Source: a virus
Taxonomy: Duplodnaviria > Heunggongvirae > Uroviricota > Caudoviricetes
Length of the DNA stretch: 33,575 bases
Reading direction: 5' to 3' (one strand)
Virus record (IMG/VR): IMGVR_UViG_637000261_000005
The notes below the pieces were generated by a model. It saw only the letters and a list, made by a program, of their open reading frames with translations, did not search any database and was not told the origin of the DNA. Below, piece after piece: positions 8,436-17,453 of this stretch. A program made the translations under genes and the position numbers. Numbering within the stretch: position 1 is the first letter of the stretch; the number at the start of each line of letters is the position of its first letter.

Positions 8436-8810
8436 ATGAAAGACATCGATACTGAAACCCGGAATAACACCGTGGCGGATAATGTGACGGCAGTTGAGGA
8501 TATGGCTGTCGAACGTGGCGTAAAACTGACCCGACCAATTGAGCGTGGTGCCGAAAAAATCACGTATGTGGAGATCACCGGGGCTATTGAGCAGGCTGGA
8601 TCCCTGCGTGGTCTGTCGCTGTCTGATGTGCTGAATCTGAAAGCGGATACCATGTTCACGCTGTTGCCTCGCGTGACCTCGCCACGACTGGATGAAGTGA
8701 TGATTAAAAAAATGTCGTCACGCGATTTTATTCAGTTGTGCGCTGTGGCTGTAAATTTTATGAGCGAGCCAGACTCTGGCGCGAAGAGCGTGCAGGAGAC
8801 GGCAGCGTAA
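8436..8810 (+). CDS. E: Tail assembly chaperone gpE
   Basis: AAGGAG lies 7 nt upstream of the ATG. The stretch ..LRGLSLSDVLNLKADTMFTLLPRVTSP.. is gpE-like. It occupies the position between tube and tape measure. Confidence 0.85.
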   Translation: MKDIDTETRNNTVADNVTAVEDMAVERGVKLTRPIERGAEKITYVEITGAIEQAGSLRGLSLSDVLNLKADTMFTLLPRVTSPRLDEVMIKKMSSRDFIQLCAVAVNFMSEPDSGAKSVQETAA

Positions 8811-8923
8811 TCACCCTGGTGTGCTTTGAGCACATCGAAGATCTGGTGGCGGATATTGCCGCCATTTTTAACTGGTCGCCCGCCGAAATCTTCATGATGA
8901 CGCCCGGCGAAGTGGTTAGCTGA
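8436..8923 (+). CDS. gpE+E' -1 frameshift fusion product
   Basis: The slippery heptamer A_AAT_TTT at 8753-8759 lies in the E zero frame (GTA AAT TTT). The -1 frame then reads KFYERARLWREERAGDGSVITLVCFEHIEDLVADIAAIFNWSPAEIFMMTPGEVVS* and ends 1 nt before the tape-measure ORF. This is the conserved tail-chaperone frameshift architecture. Confidence 0.75.
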
Positions 8924-8924
8924 C

Positions 8925-11768
8925 GTGAGCGGGCGGCACTTCGTAGCGGGAATGCAGACAATGAAGACTCTTGATATCCGGGTCGCTTTCAGCGCCGTTG
9001 ACAGGCTGACCCGGCCTGCCGAAAACGCCCGCCGCCTGATGGGGCAGTTTGGTGACTCCATCCAGCGAACGCAGGGGGCGATCAAAAATCTCGAGCGTCA
9101 GGCGCGATCATTTGAGCGCGCCCGTGACGCTGTCAGTAAAGCGGATGCTGGCATCGTGAAAGCACGACGCCAGCTTAACGCCCTTAATCAGTTACAACGC
9201 ACGGGTACAGTGCTCAGCGAAAAACAACAAAAGCTGATGCAGCAGTTAAGCACCCGGCTTGAACGCCTGAATGAATCGCGCACACGGGAAATTCAGAAAA
9301 TGCGGGAGCTTGGCGGAGAGCTGAAACGCCACGGCATTTCCCTGACAGGTAGCGATAACACCATCCAGCAGGCCATCAGACGCACCGAACAGTACAACAA
9401 CCAGCTTGAACGCGAACGGCAGGCGCTTGCGCGTGTAACACGGGCGCGTGAGCGGTATTCGCGCGCGCAGGAAACAGCGGGAAAACTGAAAACAGGTGGT
9501 GCGCTGGCAATTGGTGCGGCAGCGGCGGGCGGCTATGCTGCCGGGCGTTTTTTGCAGCCTGCGATCGGGTTCGGCAAAGAGATGTCCCGCGTTCAGGCAC
9601 TGACGCGAATCGACCAGAACAGCCCGCAGTTTAAGGCGCTGCGTGAGCAGGCGTTAAAACTTGGCTCTGAAACGCAGTTCACCGCAGGCGATGCCGCCAG
9701 TGGACAGGCATTTCTTGCAATGGCTGGCTTTACACCACAGGCCATTCAGGCTGCGCTCCCTGGCGTACTGAGCATGGCAACGGCTGGCGGTATGGACCTC
9801 GGTGAGACGGCGGATATTGGCTCAAATATTCTGACGCAGTTCGGTCTTTCTGCTGACCAGATGGACCGGGTCGGCGACACACTCACCGCAGCGTTTACCC
9901 GTACCAACACTGACCTTCGCGCACTGGGTGAAACCATGAAATATGCAGGTCCGGTGGCGGGTAAGCTGGGAATATCTCTGGAGCAGGCCGCAGCGATGGC
10001 GGGCGTGCTGGCGAATATGGGTATCAGGGGGAGTGATGCTGGTACGGCAATGCGTGCCAGCCTGGCTCGTCTGGCATCACCGCCAAAGGCGGCAGCAGAG
10101 GCGCTGAAAGAGCTTGGCGTGTCTGTCTCGGATGCCGGGGGCAAAATGCGCCCGATGGAGGATGTGCTGGCTGACCTTTATAAAGCTACCCGCAAATACG
10201 GGGAAGTTGACCGGGTATCGTTCTTTAAGGACATTGCCGGAGAAGAGGCTTTCACATCATTTATGGCCCTCGTTGATGCGGCAGGTGACGGCTCCTTACC
10301 CAAACTGAGAAAAGAACTTGAAGGCGCGCGCGGTGAGGCTGAACGCACGGCAAAGGTTATGGCCAACAACCTTGACGGCGATCTGAAATCACTCAGCAGT
10401 GCATGGGAAGGGTTGCGCATCCGCATTGCAGATCTGATTGACGGTCCGCTGCGTTCTGTCACGCAGTGGCTCACGCGTGTGGTATCAAAGGTGACGGCGC
10501 TGGCGCAGGCCCATCCCGCACTGACGCGCCAGCTACTGATTGCAGGCGGTGCATTGCTGGCAATGACTGCAACGGTTGGCTCGTTGTCGCTGGCTATTGG
10601 TGTGCTTGCTGGCCCGCTGGCAAAACTGCGTCTTGGTTTTTCCCTCCTGACCGGATCAATGAATGCTGTCAGGGTTCTGCCAGCACTATGGGGAATGGTG
10701 ACGGGTTCCGTTTCTTTACTGGGAGGCGCTATCGGGGCGTTGTTCAGTCCGGTTGGTCTTATCGTGGCTGCGCTTGCCGGAGCTGCCGTTCTTATCTGGA
10801 AATACTGGGATCCCATCAGGGCATTTTTTGCCGGGGTGTTCAGCGGGATTATGGAAAGGCTGACCCCGTTGCGCGAAACCTTTGAACGGTTTGGTCCTGT
10901 TTTTGACGCAATCGGGAGTGGGATCAGCCAGGTGTTTAACTGGTTTAAATCGCTGCTGTCACCGATGGAGTCCAGCAAGGAAACTCTGGATAAATGTACC
11001 AGTGCTGGCGAGATATTCGGTAACGTTCTTGGCGGTGCGTTACAACTTGTTCTGACACCTGCAAAAATGTTGCTGGATACGCTGGCGTGGATACTTGAAA
11101 AGCTTGGTGTGCTTCCGGATGAAGCGGAAAGGGCGCGCAAGAAAATCGAAGACGCACAGCGTGCGGCCATTCTTCAGGACAAGGTTGCCTTGCTTCAGGG
11201 GGATCTGGCGAAAATCAATCCGCCGAAGCCTGTGGAAAATGGCAATGGCACCGGAGGTGATAACCCCAAAGACAATAAACCGCTCACAGACAGCAATACC
11301 GGTACGCTGCGCAGACTCAGCAAAATTGCTGATAACACAGGTAAGCTGGTTGAGGAGACGAAAAAACGCATTGGCCCCGGCGATATTGTCTTTAAAAACC
11401 TGCCCCGAGCACTTGCTGTTCGTGGGGAGTGGCAGGAGCGGAAGATTGCGCAGGTCAGTAAGCCTGCCCCCGCAATTAATATCACACCCGTGGTTCCGGC
11501 TCCGCTGCCTCCGGCGCTGGTCCCTGTTGTTGCAGCCAGCTCCCGCCCGGTGGCGGAGGCTATACGATCTCCAGTGGCATCAGTTCCTGTAACTTCCCGT
11601 AACCGGGAGCCTGTTGCCTTCGGATTTGGTGGTGAAATTCATGTTCATCTGCATAACGTTGTTACGCAGAATCCCCGCGAACTGGCGAAACTGGTCGGTG
11701 AAATGGTCAGGGCAGAAATGGAACGGCGCGCCCGTGCCGGGCGTGGCTGTTTTTACGATAAAGATTGA
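8925..11768 (+). CDS. T: Tail tape measure protein (gpT)
   Basis: 947 aa. It has an N-terminal coiled-coil character and a central Gly/Ala-rich hydrophobic block, and sits after E/E'. The true start may be the ATG at 8952 or 8961 rather than the GTG at 8925. Confidence 0.9.
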   Translation: MSGRHFVAGMQTMKTLDIRVAFSAVDRLTRPAENARRLMGQFGDSIQRTQGAIKNLERQARSFERARDAVSKADAGIVKARRQLNALNQLQRTGTVLSEKQQKLMQQLSTRLERLNESRTREIQKMRELGGELKRHGISLTGSDNTIQQAIRRTEQYNNQLERERQALARVTRARERYSRAQETAGKLKTGGALAIGAAAAGGYAAGRFLQPAIGFGKEMSRVQALTRIDQNSPQFKALREQALKLGSETQFTAGDAASGQAFLAMAGFTPQAIQAALPGVLSMATAGGMDLGETADIGSNILTQFGLSADQMDRVGDTLTAAFTRTNTDLRALGETMKYAGPVAGKLGISLEQAAAMAGVLANMGIRGSDAGTAMRASLARLASPPKAAAEALKELGVSVSDAGGKMRPMEDVLADLYKATRKYGEVDRVSFFKDIAGEEAFTSFMALVDAAGDGSLPKLRKELEGARGEAERTAKVMANNLDGDLKSLSSAWEGLRIRIADLIDGPLRSVTQWLTRVVSKVTALAQAHPALTRQLLIAGGALLAMTATVGSLSLAIGVLAGPLAKLRLGFSLLTGSMNAVRVLPALWGMVTGSVSLLGGAIGALFSPVGLIVAALAGAAVLIWKYWDPIRAFFAGVFSGIMERLTPLRETFERFGPVFDAIGSGISQVFNWFKSLLSPMESSKETLDKCTSAGEIFGNVLGGALQLVLTPAKMLLDTLAWILEKLGVLPDEAERARKKIEDAQRAAILQDKVALLQGDLAKINPPKPVENGNGTGGDNPKDNKPLTDSNTGTLRRLSKIADNTGKLVEETKKRIGPGDIVFKNLPRALAVRGEWQERKIAQVSKPAPAINITPVVPAPLPPALVPVVAASSRPVAEAIRSPVASVPVTSRNREPVAFGFGGEIHVHLHNVVTQNPRELAKLVGEMVRAEMERRARAGRGCFYDKD

Positions 11769-11774
11769 GGAGTC

Positions 11775-12269
11775 ATGGCCATGATGATGATCTACGGCAT
11801 GTTTGTTTTTGAGCTGCGCACGCTGCCGCATCAGCAGTTACAGCAAAACAAAAGCTGGCGGCATGTGAAAAATGAACGCGTTAACCGTTCAGCAAGCTGG
11901 CAGTATATCGGTGCAGGTGATGATCGCATCGTTCTTTCTGGTGTGCTTTATCCTGAAATTACAGGTGGCGAAGTGTCGCTGTCGCTGCTGACTACGCAGG
12001 CGTATACAGGACGACCCTGGCCTTTGATTGATGGCGTCGGGCAGATTTACGGCATGTATGTCCTGACTGAAACGAATACGACCCGCTCCGAGTTTGATCG
12101 CTACGGTAAGGCGAAAAAGATAGAATTTTCACTGACTCTTGAACGCTGTGATGAGGATTTGCGGGAGCGCCTGCAATCCTCATCGTTCAGTGATATGCTG
12201 TCCGGCTTCAAAGATAAGGTGACATCATCTCTTAACAGCGCGGCCAGTTCAGTTAAAGGGCTGTTCTGA
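11775..12269 (+). CDS. U: Tail protein gpU
   Basis: MAMMMIYGMFVFELRTLPHQQLQQNKSWRHVKNERVNR... aligns with P2 gpU (MMMVLGLFVFMLRTVPYQELQYQRNWRHASNSRVNR..). Confidence 0.9.
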   Translation: MAMMMIYGMFVFELRTLPHQQLQQNKSWRHVKNERVNRSASWQYIGAGDDRIVLSGVLYPEITGGEVSLSLLTTQAYTGRPWPLIDGVGQIYGMYVLTETNTTRSEFDRYGKAKKIEFSLTLERCDEDLRERLQSSSFSDMLSGFKDKVTSSLNSAASSVKGLF

Positions 12270-12277
12270 TTTAACAC

Positions 12278-12308
12278 AAAAACCGCTAATGGTCAGATTA
12301 GCGGTTTT
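12278..12308. terminator. Bidirectional rho-independent terminator shared by convergent gpU and the invertase
   Basis: AAAAACCGCTAAT-GGTCAG-ATTAGCGGTTTT forms a 12-bp stem with T-rich tracts on both strands. The invertase stop codon lies in the right arm. Confidence 0.7.
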
Positions 12309-12915
12309 CATTTTCCTGAGTCTGCCCGGTTGTTTCTTCAGTCTGTATATCGCCTACAGGGTGATAACGATAAATCGTCGATGTGCCAATGCCGTAAATT
12401 ATTGCCAGTTGTTTTCTGTCGTGCCCGTTTTTGATTAGCCTTGCTATTTGCTCATGCTGTTCTTTTGTCAGCTTCGGTCGACGTCCGCCTGTGCGCCCCC
12501 TTGCGCGCGCTGCCGCCAGCCCGGCCAGTGTACGTTCAACAATTAATTCACGTTCCATTTCAGCCAGGGCACCCATCACGTGGAAGAAAAAACGCCCCAT
12601 TGGAGAAGATGTGTCTATGCTGTCGGTCAGACTGCGAAAATTAATCCCTCGCTCCCGTAGTTCCCCGACGAGAGAAATCAGATGTTTCATGCTTCGCCCG
12701 AGGCGATCCAGTTTCCAGACAACCAGCGTGTCACCTTTTTGAAGGCGCTTTAAAGCGCGTTTTAATCCCGGTCGGTCTGTCTTTGTCCCGCTTAATTTAT
12801 CTTCAAATATTTGTTCACATCCTGCACAAACAAGAGCGTTTTGTTGCAGGTCTGTATTCTGGTCATTTGTTGATACCCTTACATAGCCAATCAGCACACT
12901 GAATCTCCCGTCCAA
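12298..12915 (-). CDS. pin: Serine DNA invertase of the Gin/Pin/Cin/Hin family
   Basis: ..LIGYVRVSTNDQNTDLQQNALVCAGCEQIFEDKLSGTKTDRPGLKRALKRLQKGDTLVVWKLDRLGRSMKHLISLVGELRERGINFRSLTDSIDTSSPMGRFFFHVMGALAEMEREL.. is near-identical to Mu Gin as I recall it. The functional start is probably the GTG at 12897 (VLIGY). Confidence 0.95.
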   Translation of the reverse strand: MDGRFSVLIGYVRVSTNDQNTDLQQNALVCAGCEQIFEDKLSGTKTDRPGLKRALKRLQKGDTLVVWKLDRLGRSMKHLISLVGELRERGINFRSLTDSIDTSSPMGRFFFHVMGALAEMERELIVERTLAGLAAARARGRTGGRRPKLTKEQHEQIARLIKNGHDRKQLAIIYGIGTSTIYRYHPVGDIQTEETTGQTQENENR

Positions 12916-12951
12916 AAGCGCAAATCATGCCATGCAGGCCAGAAACGGCCA

Positions 12952-12977
12952 TTATTTAAAACCTCGGTTTACGAGAA
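12952..12977. promoter_or_regulatory. gix/pix-like recombination site (TTATTTAAAACC-TC-GGTTTACGAGAA)
   Basis: A 12+2+12 layout with AAACC/GGTTT half-site cores and a central TC. It closely resembles the Mu gix site TTATCCAAAACC-TC-GGTTTACAGGAA and is inverted relative to the site at 15631-15656. Confidence 0.85.
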
Positions 12978-13673
12978 CTCGGCACAAGCGGGGAGAAAAT
13001 ACCGTTACTCAGTACAGCGAATACCTGGACCAATCGACAAACATTCAGCGGTGGCCTTTCTGGGGAACTGTCCGGCAATGCCGCTACTGCAACAAAGCTG
13101 AAAACAGCACGAAAAATTGCTGGAGTTGGTTTTGATGGTTCTAGCGATATCTCAATTAGTGCCAAAAATGTCAATGCATTTGCACTCCGACAAACAGGTA
13201 ATACTGTTAATGGTGATACATCCGTTGGATGGAATTGGGATAGTGGTGCATATAACGCCCTGATTGGTGGTGCATCTGCATTAATTCTTCACTTTAATAT
13301 AAATGCTGGTAGCTGTCCTGCCGTACAATTCCGTGTGAATTATAAAAATGGTGGCATTTCCTACAGGTCGGCTCGTGATGGTTATGGGGTTGAATTACGT
13401 TGGTCAGATTTCTATACCACGACACGAAAACCTTCAGCGGGAGATGTTGGTGCATATACGCGGGCAGAATGTAACTCAATGTTTATTACAGGTATTCGCC
13501 TTGGCGGTCTGTCATCTGTTCAGACATGGAATGGTCCCGGCTGGTCTGACAGGTCAGGTTATGTCGTTACGGGTTCAGTTAACGGAAACCGTGATGAATT
13601 AATTGATACAACACAGGCAAGGCCAATTCAGTATTGCATTAATGGGACGTGGTATAACGCGGGGAGTATTTAA
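12963..13673 (+). CDS. Silent alternative tail-fibre C-terminal cassette (no start of its own; would fuse to the gpH constant part after inversion)
   Basis: The frame is open from the crossover site. After inversion the fibre would read ..VIEYLGL|RELGTSGEKIPLLSTANTWTNRQTFSGGLSGELSGNAATATKLKTARKIAGVGFDGSSDISISAKNV...RPIQYCINGTWYNAGSI*. Its C-terminal motif parallels the expressed ..[17 protein letters not shown]. Confidence 0.8.
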   Translation, partial: LGLRELGTSGEKIPLLSTANTWTNRQTFSGGLSGELSGNAATATKLKTARKIAGVGFDGSSDISISAKNVNAFALRQTGNTVNGDTSVGWNWDSGAYNALIGGASALILHFNINAGSCPAVQFRVNYKNGGISYRSARDGYGVELRWSDFYTTTRKPSAGDVGAYTRAECNSMFITGIRLGGLSSVQTWNGPGWSDRSGYVVTGSVNGNRDELIDTTQARPIQYCINGTWYNAGSI

Positions 13674-13675
13674 CG

Positions 13676-14209
13676 ATGATGCACTTAAAAAACATTACTG
13701 CTGGCAACCCTAAAACAAAAGAGCAATACCAGCTAACAAAGCAATTTAACATCAAATGGCTTTATTCAGATGATGGAAAAAACTGGTATGAGGAACAAAA
13801 GAATTTCCAGCCAGACACTTTGAAAATGGTCTATTACCATAACGGCGTTATTATTTGTATTGAAAAGGATGTTTCAGCAATTAATCCGGAAGGCGCAAGC
13901 GTCGTTGAATTACCTGATATTACAGCAAATCGCCGGGCTGATATTTCGGGGAAATGGTTGTTCAAAGATGGCGTAGTGATAAAGCGAACTTATACCGAGG
14001 AAGAGCAGAGGCAACAAGCGGAAAATGAAAAGCAAAGCCTGTTGCAACTTGTCAGGGATAAAACCCAGCTATGGGACTCACAGCTACGGCTGGGCATCAT
14101 TTCCGACGAGAATAAACAAAAATTAACCGAGTGGATGCTCTATGCGCAGAAAGTCGAATCTACAGACACCTCCAGCCTGCCAGTAACGTTTCCCGAACAA
14201 CCAGAATGA
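13676..14209 (+). CDS. Tail fibre assembly protein (Mu U / Tfa family), silent orientation
   Basis: [40 protein letters not shown]... has the typical Tfa N-terminus. The gene is intact at 177 aa. Confidence 0.9.
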   Translation: MMHLKNITAGNPKTKEQYQLTKQFNIKWLYSDDGKNWYEEQKNFQPDTLKMVYYHNGVIICIEKDVSAINPEGASVVELPDITANRRADISGKWLFKDGVVIKRTYTEEEQRQQAENEKQSLLQLVRDKTQLWDSQLRLGIISDENKQKLTEWMLYAQKVESTDTSSLPVTFPEQPE

Positions 14210-14237
14210 GAGAAGGCCCGATATTGGGCCTTAATTT

Positions 14238-14846
14238 TTACTCAGGCTTTTGTGGCCATTCGGGATTTGCTGTATCCACACGGCTGACCAGAACGCTGTA
14301 GCGTTCCCATGACTCCAGTCGTGTGCGTTCCTCATCCATCGCCATATTCAGCCTGACAGCGCGTTCCAGTGGCTGAATAACGCTTTCAGCTTCAGAAAGC
14401 AACGCGACCTTTTGTGATTCGGCCTGTTGTTGCTGTTCGTCTGCTGTATAAATCCGCTTAACCACAGTTCCGTCCTTAAACATCCACTTCCCTGAATCAT
14501 CGGCACGACGATTGGCTGTTATATCTGGAATCTCAACGACACTAAAGCCTTCGGGATTAAGTGTTGGGGCATCTTTGGTTATGGCAACAATAATATTATT
14601 TTCGTCGTATACAATCTTTATGGTGTCGTCCTGAAAGTTATTTACTTCCTCATACCAGTTTTTACCGTCTTCGGACCATAACCAGATAACATCAAAATTC
14701 TTTGTTAGCTGATATTGTTCTTTTGTTTTTGGATTTCCGGACTTAATATTTTTTAATATGCTGCATAATTTACACCTGTGCGACGTTATACCATGTGCCA
14801 TTGATGTATTTTTGTATTGGTCTGAAGATGGCTTCATCATCGCCAT
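14238..14846 (-). CDS. Tail fibre assembly protein (Tfa family), expressed orientation; start codon problematic
   Basis: ..[62 protein letters not shown]... is TfaE/Mu U-like. The expected ATG (14766, MQH..) is out of frame by 1 nt. The only in-frame ATGs (14801, 14846) lie inside gpH. Confidence 0.75.
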   Translation of the reverse strand: MAMMKPSSDQYKNTSMAHGITSHRCKLCSILKNIKSGNPKTKEQYQLTKNFDVIWLWSEDGKNWYEEVNNFQDDTIKIVYDENNIIVAITKDAPTLNPEGFSVVEIPDITANRRADDSGKWMFKDGTVVKRIYTADEQQQQAESQKVALLSEAESVIQPLERAVRLNMAMDEERTRLESWERYSVLVSRVDTANPEWPQKPE

Positions 14847-16920
14847 CTACTTCACCAATGATTCTTAATCCGGTAATTGCGTGTCCGGCTTTTTCATAAC
14901 GACCACCACGCGCCATCAATTGAACAACACGCGTACCCAGGCGAACATCTTTTACATAGCGTGAATCAAAATTCCCCCAGTTGCTGGGCTGTATCTGACC
15001 GTTAACAGAAAATATTACCGAGTTATCTGTATTTCGCTGGCTATAGAAATGCCATCCTGCCTCATTGCCTAACTCTGCAACTACTGGACGGGTTGAAGCA
15101 CCCCATAAATTAAACGTTGCATTCTTTGTGGAGTTGTTGGAGCTGGATAGCGTGAATTTTTTACCATCCCCGGCCTGAATATTTTTAAAAGCAATAGCCA
15201 CTCCATTCTGAAAGCGGAATACACGCTGACTATTAGCATAAACATCCAGAATACCGTCTCCATTCTGTTTAAATCCGGTGTCATTATCACCAAGAACAAT
15301 AGAGCTACCACCTAACGCATTCGTCGAACCAACTCCAAGACTGCCATTAATGACAGCATTAACAAGAATATTTAGTGCATCCCATTTCAGCGTCATCAGG
15401 TCTTTTGTTGTGGTGCTCTGGCGGCTTCTCCATTTGAAATATTCATTGCCGTTGTCGCCTGTTTCAAACCACATGTATGAATCAGTGTCACCATCGGCAT
15501 CATTTTTAAATCCAATCTTCGCCCAGTCAGTATTTCGAATCCAGGCAAGGATTGAGTCATTTTCAAAAGTAAGCCCACCGGACAAGGTATCGCCATTTTT
15601 TTGCACGGCGTTACCAGCCCTGTTTACCGTTTCCTGTAAACCGAGGTATTCGATAACGGCAGCAACGGTCGATTTCGCAAGAATATCCCGCCCGACTTTT
15701 GTCAGGGTTGCCAGGCTGGCGACATCATTCCCCGTAAAATACGGAAACCTGTCTGCCGCAGTAGCAAGCCCGGCCAGCGCCGTCAGGGTGGCATCTTTCG
15801 GTTGCTTACCCGCAAGCGCGTTAGTCATGGTGGTCGCAAAATTCGGGGCGTTTCCCAGCGCCGCCGCTAACTCGTTCAGCGTATTCAGTGCGTCAGGTGA
15901 CGAATCTACAAGGGCGGCAATCGCAGCCATAACGAAAGCCGTGCTTGCGATTTGGGTATTATTCGTTCCCTGTCGCGCAGCTGGCGTTGTTGGCGTTCCG
16001 GTCAGCGCAGGACTGTTTAAGGGCGCTTTCTTGTTCGTTTCATCCATTACCGCCTTAACCGCTTTCGATGTCGCGGCCAGTGTTTCAGACGTGCTGTTGG
16101 TGGCACTACTGAGCTGGACTATCCCTTTTTGTGCCGTCGTGGCGTCCTGAGCGGTATATTTTGCGTTAGCAAGGTCATACGCGGCCTTTACTGCTTTCGG
16201 CGTTGCAGCCTGCGTTTCAGACGTGCTGTTGGTGGCGCTACTGAGCTGGACAAGGCCTTTTCGCGTCGTGCTGGCATCCTGCGCAGTATATTTACCGTTA
16301 GCAAGATCATACGCGGCCTTTACTGCTTTCGGCGTTGCAGCCTGCGTTTCAGACACGCTGTTAGTGGCGCTACTGAGTTGAACAAAGCCTTTTGCGGTCA
16401 GCGAGGCGTCCGGGTGACGTCGTGACTGTTCATGCTCTTTCAGTTTGTCATCCACGTAATCCACTGTGGCCATCACCATGGTGTTGTCCACGGTAAGCGC
16501 CACGGTGGCAGTGCTGGATACGGTCAGAATGGTGCGAAATGTTTGTGCACGACCGGACCCTTCGGCAACGGCTGGCTTGTAACTTTCGGCAGTATTTCCC
16601 ACCGCGATTAAATCGCCGTGCTCATCAAATACACCAATTTCCCGGATCCAGAATCCGCCCGTTTCAGGAGGAATAACCAGCTCCGCAATAATGCGGTTCT
16701 GATGTGTTGCGTCCAGGATGACGCGATTAACAGTATGTCGCCACACCTCATGCACCAGACGGGTCTGCTTACTGTCTGGTGTGGGCAACGTGCCGCCACC
16801 GTCGCCCACGGCCATATGAGTCAGGCGGACAGGCTTACCATCTGGCGCGGCTACCTGAGCTAATTTTTTTGCACCCGTATCGGTGATAATGGTTTTAAAT
16901 TTTCGTGTTGTGGTACTCAT
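14770..16920 (-). CDS. H: Tail fibre protein gpH (P2-type N-terminal domain; Mu S-type C-terminus supplied by the invertible segment)
   Basis: 716 aa. The N-terminus [43 protein letters not shown] is gpH-like. The gix-like site falls at ..[10 protein letters not shown]... Confidence 0.9.
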   Translation of the reverse strand: MSTTTRKFKTIITDTGAKKLAQVAAPDGKPVRLTHMAVGDGGGTLPTPDSKQTRLVHEVWRHTVNRVILDATHQNRIIAELVIPPETGGFWIREIGVFDEHGDLIAVGNTAESYKPAVAEGSGRAQTFRTILTVSSTATVALTVDNTMVMATVDYVDDKLKEHEQSRRHPDASLTAKGFVQLSSATNSVSETQAATPKAVKAAYDLANGKYTAQDASTTRKGLVQLSSATNSTSETQAATPKAVKAAYDLANAKYTAQDATTAQKGIVQLSSATNSTSETLAATSKAVKAVMDETNKKAPLNSPALTGTPTTPAARQGTNNTQIASTAFVMAAIAALVDSSPDALNTLNELAAALGNAPNFATTMTNALAGKQPKDATLTALAGLATAADRFPYFTGNDVASLATLTKVGRDILAKSTVAAVIEYLGLQETVNRAGNAVQKNGDTLSGGLTFENDSILAWIRNTDWAKIGFKNDADGDTDSYMWFETGDNGNEYFKWRSRQSTTTKDLMTLKWDALNILVNAVINGSLGVGSTNALGGSSIVLGDNDTGFKQNGDGILDVYANSQRVFRFQNGVAIAFKNIQAGDGKKFTLSSSNNSTKNATFNLWGASTRPVVAELGNEAGWHFYSQRNTDNSVIFSVNGQIQPSNWGNFDSRYVKDVRLGTRVVQLMARGGRYEKAGHAITGLRIIGEVDGDDEAIFRPIQKYINGTWYNVAQV
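15631..15656. promoter_or_regulatory. gix/pix-like recombination site inside gpH (TTCCTGTAAACC-GA-GGTATTCGATAA)
   Basis: Nearly identical to the Mu gixL sequence TTCCTGTAAACCGAGGTTTTGGATAA as I recall it. It is the inverted partner of 12952-12977. Confidence 0.85.
16045..16392 (-). repeat. 132-bp (44-aa) tandem coding repeats in gpH, about 2.6 copies
   Basis: [44 protein letters not shown] / [44 protein letters not shown] / [27 protein letters not shown].. . This is the known phage tail-fibre repeat motif. Confidence 0.85.
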
Positions 16921-16922
16921 GC

Positions 16923-17453
16923 TTAATCGCCTGGATAAATGGTAATAACTTCACCGTCATAAGTTGCCGCCGCTGCGAAAATATCCCCCGGAATTTCCTG
17001 AATGATATTCAGCCCTGTCATGTGGCGGCTGACCGGGCGGGCATCAGCAATCAACCGCTCCATTTCCAGATACATTTCCTCCGTCACGCCACTGTCCAGC
17101 GTGCCGACTTCAACGGTAAATGTTCCCGGTTCTCCGCCGAACTCCCACCACTCAGACACGCGAATGAGGTATCCCAGCGGCTCAATGGCCCGGCGCAGTG
17201 CGCTGATGGTCCCTTTGTGTCGGTGTATCAGCCATGCATCACGAATAACCTGTCGCTTTGTCTCTTCCGGCCAGTTGCGATCCCAGCGGTCAACGGAAAA
17301 CGCCCAGGCGAGATAAGGCAGCAGATGCACCGGGCAGGTGTCCGGCGACCACAGCGTGTTGAGGTCTACCGGAATGTCTGTAATGCGTGTTCCGACGGCT
17401 TCGGCACAACGCATGAAATTGCTGGCTGATGGTGGTAACAACGAATTACTCAT
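16923..17453 (-). CDS. I: Baseplate protein gpI
   Basis: Synteny (J-I-H) and size. The likely start is MSNSLLPPSAS at 17453, overlapping the gpJ stop; the tracked ORF extends to 17486. Confidence 0.85.
   Translation of the reverse strand: MSNSLLPPSASNFMRCAEAVGTRITDIPVDLNTLWSPDTCPVHLLPYLAWAFSVDRWDRNWPEETKRQVIRDAWLIHRHKGTISALRRAIEPLGYLIRVSEWWEFGGEPGTFTVEVGTLDSGVTEEMYLEMERLIADARPVSRHMTGLNIIQEIPGDIFAAAATYDGEVITIYPGD

Larger units (their letters stand above)
12965..15643. other. Invertible tail-fibre host-range segment (about 2.68 kb, G/P-segment type)
   Basis: It is bounded by the two inverted gix-like sites. It contains two alternative fibre C-terminal cassettes and two tail-fibre assembly genes in head-to-head arrangement, next to the invertase. 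Confidence 0.85.

Noticed and set aside
10178-11170. 330-aa minus-strand ORF inside the tape-measure gene
   Set aside because: It is antisense to a gene with clear tape-measure character. It has a low-complexity Ala/Ser/Arg/Pro-rich composition typical of spurious antisense frames in high-GC DNA, and no RBS context.
12271-12296. Possible cryptic gix-like half-sites at the inverted tail-module junctions (AACACAAAAACC at 12273-12284; GGTTACTGCTTT at 6573-6584) that might implicate the invertase in the 5.6-kb inversion
   Set aside because: Only one half-site-like core is present at each junction, and the partner halves do not resemble gix. The 12278-12308 sequence is fully explained as a terminator hairpin.
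15278-16150. 290-aa plus-strand ORF antisense to gpH (and similarly 22139-22900, 253 aa, antisense to gpL/gpM)
   Set aside because: Both are antisense shadows of well-supported genes with a Ser/Ala/Val-rich low-complexity composition.
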